This document shows positions 56,872 through 64,000 of a stretch of DNA of 64,000 nucleotides, one piece after another; the stretch's first letter is position 1, and each line of letters begins with the position of its first letter. The notes beneath the pieces were generated by a model that was not told the origin of the DNA, did no database searches, and was given only the letters and a program-made list of their open reading frames with translations. The stretch lies in the NCBI GenBank assembly GCA_050949045.1, contig JBMNEZ010000001.1, positions 608,001 to 672,000 of the forward strand, in the 5' to 3' direction. The translations under genes and the position numbers were made by a program. The stretch comes from Candidatus Izemoplasmatales bacterium. Its GTDB lineage: Bacteria > Bacillota_I > Bacilli_A > Izemoplasmatales > Hujiaoplasmataceae.

Positions 56872-59237
56872 GCTTCTTGTTCCTCCTTGAGGGTGAAGGT
56901 GTAGAGACGCGAGCCGAAATCACACATCAGCCTGACATTTTGATTATATCCTGTGCCGATGAATCTTTGCTTGGGAATAAAGCCGTTCTGGTTTAGAACC
57001 GCGCCGTATTCTTGTTGTGCTTCCTTCTCGGCCGGCATTAGATAATGATTCTTGAGAATATGAAACAAGATTCCGTGCTGATTCATGTCGATCGGCAAAG
57101 CGTGTTTTACGAGATCACCGAACATGCCGAGGTTGAAATACTGGGTCCGATTCGTGATTAAATATTCATTATCGTTACTAAGTTCCCGGACCCTGATTTT
57201 TTCAAGGGGGGCATTCGGGTTTTCCAGACATTGAAAGATGCCCAGAACCGCCTCGGAGCCATCCGAGCTGATAACCATCAAAGCCGCATCATCTTCCAAA
57301 AAGGGATTTTTAATCCGCACCAGCCTTCCAAACTGGAGGGTTTGGCGGTGCTTCTTGTAGAAAGCGATCTGTTTCTTGATCACTTTCCTTTCATAGGGAG
57401 TGAGTCTGGTGATGTCAAGCTCATATCCGAGAAGTCCGAAACTCGCGATATTGAAACGCGTTTCAAGTTGGGTATGCCTCAATGTTTGCATATTCGGGAT
57501 ATTGCTGACATGGGCGCCCATGACCGACTGGGGATAGCAGAGCGATGTCCCATACTGGATCTTGACCCGCTCGTAACCGTCGGTATTGTCGGAAGTCCAG
57601 ATTTGCGGCATATAATAGAGCATCCCCAGATCAAAGCGGTTCCCACCGCTGGCGCAAGCCTCGAACAAAATCTCTGGAAATCTTGCTGTCAATGATTCCA
57701 TCAATTGATATAAGCCAAGATAATAGCGGTGATAAAGACCGCCCTGATCAAGGGCATCAAGATAGGGGGAAAACACATCAGAGAAATTGCGATTCATATC
57801 CCACTTGCAGTAAGTGATGTTTGCACTCTCAAAGAGCTCTGTGAGCACCTCAAAAAGATACTCCCTGACCACGGGATTAGAAAGGTCAAGCACCAATTGG
57901 TTTCTCCCGAGCGAGGGCTTATAGTCCGGGTGGCTGATCACCCAGTCGGGATGAGCGCGAAAAAGATCGCTGTCGGGGTTCACCATCTCCGGTTCTACCC
58001 AAATGCCGAAGGAAAGACCAAGCCTGTTGATCTTCTCGCACAGCCCCTTGATCCCTGAAGGCAGTTTCCTACGGTTAGGATACCAGTCGCCAAGCGATCT
58101 TGTGTCGTCGTCGCGCTTGCCGAACCAACCGTCATCGAGGACAAACAATTCAATCCCGAGTTTCTTGGCCCGCCTCGCCATTTTCAAGAGCTTCCTCTCG
58201 TTAAACGAAAACGAGGTCGCTTCCCAGTTGTTAAGCAAAACCGGACGCTCTTTGTTCTGCCAGTCCGGTTTGATCAGATTACGCTTGATTAGTTCATGGA
58301 TGTTCTGACTGAGTTTTGTCATTCCTTGCTCGGAATAGGTCAGCACGACCTCGGGAGTGACGAATTCCTCATTTTCGCGCAGGTTCCAATAAAAGTCAAA
58401 CGAGTTGATGCCCATTAGGATCCTAAGGAGATTGTGGGGGGTGACTTCCATTGTCGCCTCGAAATTGCCGCTGTAGACAAGAGAAAAACCATAGCAGCGT
58501 CCATATTCCTCGGTAGCCTTCTTCTCTTTGATGGCGACAAAGGGGTTGTGATCGTTCGAGGAAACGCCTTTCTTCGAATCGATTTTAAGGATGCCAACGC
58601 CGAGATCGTGGACATGGACCTGCCGTTCATTGATCCAGGCGCCGTCAAGCGAAACTGCCTGATAATCCTCATTTAATAAATCCAGGTTCATGCTGAGACC
58701 TTTTTCGATGATCAAAGCATCAGCGCTGTTATTGCGGACAACGGCGCGCCTGACGATGACATCGCAAGCGACAAATAATGAATAATAAAGGTCGACCTCG
58801 AGTTTGCGCACCGCATCTTCAAGCGTGACAATCAGCGTCTCCACCTTTTCCTCTACCCCCGCAAAGGTTTCGGGAAGGCTGGCGAACCGGGGCTTAGACT
58901 CCAATATCTTATGTTCTTTGTACTTAAAATCTGTCAACCGCGACCCGTCTTGAAAACGAAAATGAAGCATCGGTTCACGATAGTCGCCTTTGCCGAAGGT
59001 GGACATTTCAAGAAGCGCAAGGTTGAGGTTGAACGTCCGATCAGCCTGGTCATAGAGGACTTGGTTGCCGACCTCGATCCCGAACTTCAGTTCCAGATCC
59101 GCAAGCGACTTGACTGATTCGAGTCTTTTTCCGTAGTAAAGGTGCCCGAGATGCCCCGAGGGATAAATGCGGATCAAATAAGATGTTTTCTCGGTATCTA
59201 GTTTGAACGCTCTTTCTTTCTCGTTGTAGTTGATCAT
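56868..59237 (-). CDS. GH36 alpha-galactosidase
   Basis: NNWEAT, FVLDDGWFG, FGIWVEPEMVN, KWDMNR, ACASGGNRFD, WTSDNTD. Confidence 0.95.
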   Translation of the reverse strand: MINYNEKERAFKLDTEKTSYLIRIYPSGHLGHLYYGKRLESVKSLADLELKFGIEVGNQVLYDQADRTFNLNLALLEMSTFGKGDYREPMLHFRFQDGSRLTDFKYKEHKILESKPRFASLPETFAGVEEKVETLIVTLEDAVRKLEVDLYYSLFVACDVIVRRAVVRNNSADALIIEKGLSMNLDLLNEDYQAVSLDGAWINERQVHVHDLGVGILKIDSKKGVSSNDHNPFVAIKEKKATEEYGRCYGFSLVYSGNFEATMEVTPHNLLRILMGINSFDFYWNLRENEEFVTPEVVLTYSEQGMTKLSQNIHELIKRNLIKPDWQNKERPVLLNNWEATSFSFNERKLLKMARRAKKLGIELFVLDDGWFGKRDDDTRSLGDWYPNRRKLPSGIKGLCEKINRLGLSFGIWVEPEMVNPDSDLFRAHPDWVISHPDYKPSLGRNQLVLDLSNPVVREYLFEVLTELFESANITYCKWDMNRNFSDVFSPYLDALDQGGLYHRYYLGLYQLMESLTARFPEILFEACASGGNRFDLGMLYYMPQIWTSDNTDGYERVKIQYGTSLCYPQSVMGAHVSNIPNMQTLRHTQLETRFNIASFGLLGYELDITRLTPYERKVIKKQIAFYKKHRQTLQFGRLVRIKNPFLEDDAALMVISSDGSEAVLGIFQCLENPNAPLEKIRVRELSNDNEYLITNRTQYFNLGMFGDLVKHALPIDMNQHGILFHILKNHYLMPAEKEAQQEYGAVLNQNGFIPKQRFIGTGYNQNVRLMCDFGSRLYTFTLKEEQEA

Positions 59238-59261
59238 TAACTCGTCACGCTCCTCATCTGA

Positions 59262-59990
59262 TCATTCAGTTTCGATCAGGTTTTTGCTGATATAAGCCTT
59301 GAAAAACGGGTTGATCACGAATAAGCAAAGCAAAACGGTGTAGGCAATCTGCAGAAAAACCGACAATAACAAAAGCCATAGCGGCGAATAAATATTCGCT
59401 GCGAGGAGATTGTCGATCAGGACTCCCGAAAGATATGCCGGAGAGAAAACAAGGAAATATTGTAATTTCAAGGGTATGAGACCGTTACTGAAGAAAATCG
59501 GCGCAACGCAGAAGACAAGAAGATATACCAAATAACTCAATGGTAAGATCCGGTACGACTTGCTGATGATCGATAGCGACAAGCCGATGACGATATGGTT
59601 GAGAATGCCAAGAAGATAAACTCCGACGAGCGCCGGATAATTTGCTTTGTGACCTCTAATAAAAACAAGGGCTATGATGATGAACAACAGCGGTATCAGT
59701 TGTATTAAAACCGCTGAGGTTATCTTGGACAACAAAAACACAGCCGCGCTGATCGGCCTGTCTGTTTTTGGCAGGCTCTCTTGGTTATTGATTTCAAACT
59801 GCAGGCTGAATGAAAAGATGAGGACCGGCAGAATGAAAACAGAGACATAAAGCGCGTTTGCTGGATTGAGGAACGGAAACAAGCCGGTCGCAACACCGAG
59901 AACGAAAGATACGATGACCACCAGCATGAATACGCGCATCTGGTAAAGGCGTTTGAGATCGGCTTTTAACAAAAGCCAATAGTTCTTCAT
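59262..59990 (-). CDS. membrane protein, ABC-2 permease-like
   Basis: About 6 TMs; LLKADLKRLYQ start and P..FLLSK motif; no adjacent ATPase. Confidence 0.6.
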   Translation of the reverse strand: MKNYWLLLKADLKRLYQMRVFMLVVIVSFVLGVATGLFPFLNPANALYVSVFILPVLIFSFSLQFEINNQESLPKTDRPISAAVFLLSKITSAVLIQLIPLLFIIIALVFIRGHKANYPALVGVYLLGILNHIVIGLSLSIISKSYRILPLSYLVYLLVFCVAPIFFSNGLIPLKLQYFLVFSPAYLSGVLIDNLLAANIYSPLWLLLLSVFLQIAYTVLLCLFVINPFFKAYISKNLIETE

Positions 59991-60059
59991 TAAAATCACT
60001 CCCTAGCGACAGTTTAAATCACGGTCAAACAATGTTGGTAGATGCAGACAAAATTGACG

Positions 60060-60557
60060 TCAACGAAACCGCTTTCCTAGAGTTGCTTTGAAGAAGTTAG
60101 CTAGTTCCGTAACATCCTGCTTCTGATTAGCGAATCCGGACTTTTGGACGATATAGGTACGCTTGGAAAAATCGGTGATGATGAAAAAAACGCCGGTGGA
60201 TCTGATCCTGTTGATTTCTGTATATGGAAGTTTGGTTTGTTTCAAACTTTCGACAAGAATCTCTGTATCCGTGAAAACATAGGTCTGCGTGATGGGGTTT
60301 TTAACAAGGGGGCTTTCTTTAAGAACTTTTTTTGTTGTCAACGCCTGAAGGATCAGCGTAAGTAAAAAGTAGAGCGCCAGTATCCCGAGAAAAACCAATG
60401 AGTACTCCCACATTTCGTTTAGAATCATATAGACCATCAAACCGGCAGTGATCAAGGAGACGACAAGAAAATTCGTCTTGAGAAACCCCAGAAGATAATA
60501 CCGGTTGTAACTGATGATCAACTGCTTGTCATAAAGAGTCTTGTTCACGATATTCAT
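60060..60557 (-). CDS. YcxB-like membrane protein
   Basis: Two TMs then YVFTDTEI..LPY.EI..YIVQK pattern. Confidence 0.65.
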   Translation of the reverse strand: MNIVNKTLYDKQLIISYNRYYLLGFLKTNFLVVSLITAGLMVYMILNEMWEYSLVFLGILALYFLLTLILQALTTKKVLKESPLVKNPITQTYVFTDTEILVESLKQTKLPYTEINRIRSTGVFFIITDFSKRTYIVQKSGFANQKQDVTELANFFKATLGKRFR

Positions 60558-60571
60558 TGATTGTCACCTGC

Positions 60572-61528
60572 CTAGAACCGAAAACGCTTGAAAGCCAGCG
60601 GATAGATGCCGATGCCGATCAGAACCATCGCAAAATAGCGGACAAAATCAAACAGTATCGCAAGCGTTGCCTTTCCCATCGCACCTTCTATCAGTGCCCC
60701 GGAATCAGGGTTAACAATCAGATTGAATAATGGCTTGAGCCCCAGACGAACCGCCATGACGATGCCCACACCAAGGGCGAAACGGATCAAATTCTTCCAA
60801 AGCACGCGATGATTCTCAAACTGAACATGTTTGTGTTCAATCATGATCCCGACCGTGAACCCGAAGATCGTTCCCATCATCTTCGCTACCCCTTCAAGGG
60901 TGTTATAGAGGGTTGATGCATCGGTCATGGTGTTAGAAGCTGTCACCGTAAACAAAAAGTATAAGTAACAGCCGACAAATATCACTCCGGAAGCGGCAAG
61001 CACATAGAAATAGAGCCTCGTCCGATCCCAGATCTTATTCAACAGCAGATAGAACCCGTAGCTGATGCCAATGCCGAGAGCGCCGCCGGCTAGAACGTCA
61101 GTCAAATAATGGACTCCAAGATACATCCGGCTCAGGGCAACCATCAAAATGATGATGGCGGCGATGATCGAGACAAAACGCTTCTTGATCCAGATGGCAA
61201 AACCCCCAAAAACACTCGCCGCTCCCTGGGTGTGGCCGCTGGGGAACGAAAAGCCTCCCACCGGCCGGATATCATCGATCAGGGGATCCACAGAGAACGG
61301 CCTCGGCCTCTGGGTGATGACTTTGATGATGCTGTTCAAAACCAGCGAGACAAAGACGGTGATCCCGAGAGACTCGCCGATCTTCTTGTCGTGACACCAA
61401 TAGACGAAACCCATCAGAGCGACAATGATCAGTTCTTCGCCGAACACGGTCCACATCTGGAAAAAGAAGTCTAAAAAATCGCTGCGGAAACTTTGAAGCC
61501 ATTTGATTAGCTCAAGTTCAAATGTCAC
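60572..61528 (-). CDS. PAP2 family phosphatase
   Basis: K....RPRP, SFPSGH, SRMYLGVHYLTDV. Confidence 0.92.
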   Translation of the reverse strand: MTFELELIKWLQSFRSDFLDFFFQMWTVFGEELIIVALMGFVYWCHDKKIGESLGITVFVSLVLNSIIKVITQRPRPFSVDPLIDDIRPVGGFSFPSGHTQGAASVFGGFAIWIKKRFVSIIAAIIILMVALSRMYLGVHYLTDVLAGGALGIGISYGFYLLLNKIWDRTRLYFYVLAASGVIFVGCYLYFLFTVTASNTMTDASTLYNTLEGVAKMMGTIFGFTVGIMIEHKHVQFENHRVLWKNLIRFALGVGIVMAVRLGLKPLFNLIVNPDSGALIEGAMGKATLAILFDFVRYFAMVLIGIGIYPLAFKRFRF

Positions 61529-61549
61529 GCTACAACCCCTCCTTTCAAC

Positions 61550-62134
61550 CTAGAAAATCGAATATAACGAGATTCCCAAAACCGCAGAAATCAAGATCAA
61601 ATAGATGGGATTTATCTTTGGCAAAATCCGCGAGATCACTAGAACAACCACGAAGATCGCAATAGCGATCAAATCAATCTGCATGGCGGCGAGATTCAAA
61701 ATATCCGTGTGAAGCGTTCCCCTGAGAACCAGTCCCAAGCCAACAGCGCCCAAAATGCCGACAATAACCGGCTTGACGCCGCCAAGGAACCCATTGACAT
61801 ACGAATTGGTCGAAAATCTCTTGTAGAAACGAGCGACGATCGAGATGATGATGAATGAAGGCAAAACAACGCCAATCGTAGCGACAGCCGCTCCAAGAAT
61901 GCCTTGTTGCTGATAACCAATGAAGGTCGCAATATTGACCGCGAACGGTCCCGGCGTCGACTCAGAGATGGCGACGAAATCAACGAGTGTATCGATTGAA
62001 TCGAGCCAGCCTTGTTTTAAAACCTCTTCTTCGATCATTGGAATCATCGCATAACCGCCACCGAAAGTGAACAATCCGATCTTGAAAAACGTCAAAAACA
62101 ATAACAGGAGTTCTTTAATCGGCATCGCGGTCAT
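61550..62134 (-). CDS. short-chain chromate transporter subunit
   Basis: FKIGLFTFGGGYAMIP, ESTPGP, ATFIG. Confidence 0.9.
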   Translation of the reverse strand: MTAMPIKELLLLFLTFFKIGLFTFGGGYAMIPMIEEEVLKQGWLDSIDTLVDFVAISESTPGPFAVNIATFIGYQQQGILGAAVATIGVVLPSFIIISIVARFYKRFSTNSYVNGFLGGVKPVIVGILGAVGLGLVLRGTLHTDILNLAAMQIDLIAIAIFVVVLVISRILPKINPIYLILISAVLGISLYSIF

Positions 62135-62666
62135 CTCCTTTTTTTCCGCAAAGCGAATAAATGAGTCCGGCGACGCCGCCTATCAAGATGATATACATGG
62201 TGGGAACCAAGCGGAAAAGCATCAAGCCAAAGCCGATGACGATCAAAACGCAAGCGAGCCAGTTGCGTTTCAGTTTCGTGAGCAGCCTGATCCCAGCATT
62301 AACGATCAGAAGCGAAACACCGACGCGGATGCCCTGGAAGGCGTTCGCCATAAGCGGTGATTCCTTATAGGTGAGCAGAATAGCAGAAATCAAGACAATG
62401 ACGATGAAGGAAGGCAGGACAACTCCCAGAGTCGCGAGCAGCGAGCCGATAAAACCCTTCTGCTTGAAACCGATATAGGTCGCACAATTGATCGCGATCG
62501 GTCCTGGCGTCGACTCGGCGATAGCAAGGATATCCATAAACTCGGAATACTCGATCCAGCCCCGCTTTTCAATGACTTCCCGCTGGATCAGCGGGATCAT
62601 CGCATAGCCACCCCCGAAGGTGAAAAGGCCGATCTTGAAGAACAATAGAAAAAGATCGCCAAGCAT
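62115..62666 (-). CDS. short-chain chromate transporter subunit
   Basis: FKIGLFTFGGGYAMIP, ESTPGPIAIN; paired with neighbour as usual for this family. Confidence 0.9.
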   Translation of the reverse strand: MLGDLFLLFFKIGLFTFGGGYAMIPLIQREVIEKRGWIEYSEFMDILAIAESTPGPIAINCATYIGFKQKGFIGSLLATLGVVLPSFIVIVLISAILLTYKESPLMANAFQGIRVGVSLLIVNAGIRLLTKLKRNWLACVLIVIGFGLMLFRLVPTMYIILIGGVAGLIYSLCGKKGDDRDAD

Positions 62667-63526
62667 TATTTTCTTCCTTCCCGAACCTCGCGAAGGTCGT
62701 TGTCCGGAATTGTTGCCTTGAACTTATCAAGCTGTTCTTGGATTCGCTCTTTGACGAGATCGCTGATTGCCCGCGAATCCAGATCTTTGTACTCCTCATA
62801 TCTTAGCGATGGCAAGATGTGCAAATATCCCTTATGAATACCTAGACGGCCCTTGCGAAAGATTCCATGCATGTTATAAAGGCAGATCGGAACGATATCG
62901 GCTTTTGCTCTCAAGGCAAGTTTGAATGAACCCGGTTTGAAATCAGCCATGGTGTTGCTATAACTGCGGGTGCCCTCGGGAAAAACTCCCAATGGTTGTC
63001 CATTCTCGACTGCTTGAATCGATTGATGGACAGCCTCGAGCCCCCGTCTGTCGATATCACGCGAAAGCGCGATGCACCCGGAACCGAACAAAACCGACTT
63101 GATGACGGGAATCTTGAAAACCTCGGCTTTGGCAATGTAAGCCAAGGGTTTTCCTTTAAAGGCGGTCTTGATATAGAAAGGATCTGTGTATTCAATGTGG
63201 TTCGAGTAAATGATAAAACGATTGGTCTTTGGTATATTGTCCTTCCCGGTTGTTTTTACATAGACACGGAGAAGAATGTTGAACAGATAGACACCAACAT
63301 CAACATACACTGCATGTTTCCAAGCGCTCTTGGTATCTGTTTTCTCGATTAAAAGAAGGAAAACGACCAACAACATAAAAAAGACGATGAAAAAACCTAG
63401 AGCGATTGCGAAAAAGACCGCGATGATGACCAAAACACCGACAAATCCGGCAGGATACTGACCAAATACGGCAAACAAGACAGTGCCGGCAACAGATACC
63501 AGCAACTGCAGAATGAAGATCATCAT
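62666..63526 (-). CDS. plsC: 1-acyl-sn-glycerol-3-phosphate acyltransferase
   Basis: SNHIEYTD (NHxxxxD), IAK.E, FPEGTRS, FKPGSF. Confidence 0.85.
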   Translation of the reverse strand: MMIFILQLLVSVAGTVLFAVFGQYPAGFVGVLVIIAVFFAIALGFFIVFFMLLVVFLLLIEKTDTKSAWKHAVYVDVGVYLFNILLRVYVKTTGKDNIPKTNRFIIYSNHIEYTDPFYIKTAFKGKPLAYIAKAEVFKIPVIKSVLFGSGCIALSRDIDRRGLEAVHQSIQAVENGQPLGVFPEGTRSYSNTMADFKPGSFKLALRAKADIVPICLYNMHGIFRKGRLGIHKGYLHILPSLRYEEYKDLDSRAISDLVKERIQEQLDKFKATIPDNDLREVREGRK

Positions 63527-63996
63527 TGTTGTTTTCTCCCATAAACCGTAAAAATCAGGTCTGGCGTTTCCTTGCTCTCGAGCAGTTCAAACATCGATAG
63601 GTCGAGGTCGCTCAGATAAACGTCGCCATGATATGGTTTCTTGATATAGGTGATATAGAGTTTTTGTGCGAAGGCCAACGACAAACCATAGATCGTCTTC
63701 CCGCCGATAACGAAGATTTCCTCTTCGTGGTCCTGCTTTAAATAAGCAATCAGATCGCTAATGACCGTAACGCCAGGATAACTGAACGGCTCCAGTGAGG
63801 CAACAATCGATTTGCGTCCAACAAGCGGATGCCCCAATCTGCCGATAATTGATTTGAATGTCTCGCGCCCCATCAAAACGGTCTTCCCCATCGTCTTCTG
63901 TCTAAAATAACGCAGATCCTCGGGATAGTGCCAAGGAAGATCGTTGCCTTTTCCGATCACTCCGTTAGGGTCGATCGCAAAGATGAGGCTTATCAT
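63523..63996 (-). CDS. folA: dihydrofolate reductase
   Basis: VIG..NDLPWH..ED..YF, MGRETF.SI, PL.GR, IGG..IY, GD. Confidence 0.93.
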   Translation of the reverse strand: MISLIFAIDPNGVIGKGNDLPWHYPEDLRYFRQKTMGKTVLMGRETFKSIIGRLGHPLVGRKSIVASLEPFSYPGVTVISDLIAYLKQDHEEEIFVIGGKTIYGLSLAFAQKLYITYIKKPYHGDVYLSDLDLSMFELLESKETPDLIFTVYGRKQQ

Positions 63997-64000
63997 CAGA

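Noticed and set aside
61550..62666. Two similar adjacent chromate transporter genes as a recent duplication
   Set aside because: Short-chain CHR transporters normally occur as such paired genes

Overview
Core chromosomal window from a Bacillota-type bacterium using genetic code 11 (TGA is a stop). The gene set and protein style suggest an Izemoplasmatales/Acholeplasmatales-like member of Bacilli, but that is inference. The window appears to span the replication terminus: genes are mostly on + up to about 25.5 kb and mostly on - after it, with a near-consensus Firmicutes dif site at 26706-26733. Housekeeping content includes glgA/glgC, ppdK, rsmD/coaD, rplU/rpmA, galK, obg, ruvA, nadA/nadB, rarA, RNase J, recU, htpG, thiT, pdp, GH13/GH2/GH36 glycosidases, chromate transporters, plsC and folA. 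RNA and cis elements are five tRNAs, a 6S RNA, a TPP riboswitch, an L21 leader and a CIRCE operator. The strongest candidate for an undescribed system is a tandem pair of giant acidic membrane-anchored repeat proteins (2713 and about 1412 aa). Each has a CvpA-like 4-TM N-terminus and an array of 85-95 aa repeats. The larger gene has recent internal tandem duplications, and both genes share a nearly identical 1 kb 3' end including the terminator. Other notable items are a radical-SAM homolog lacking all three Fe-S cysteines but ending in a clamp-binding-like motif, an ECF sigma paired with an RsgI-like DINPS anti-sigma, three Arg tRNAs built on one body, and an L27 with an atypical N-terminal extension and no adjacent prp. 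No mobile elements or CRISPR arrays were seen. Product calls come from motif recognition, not database searches.
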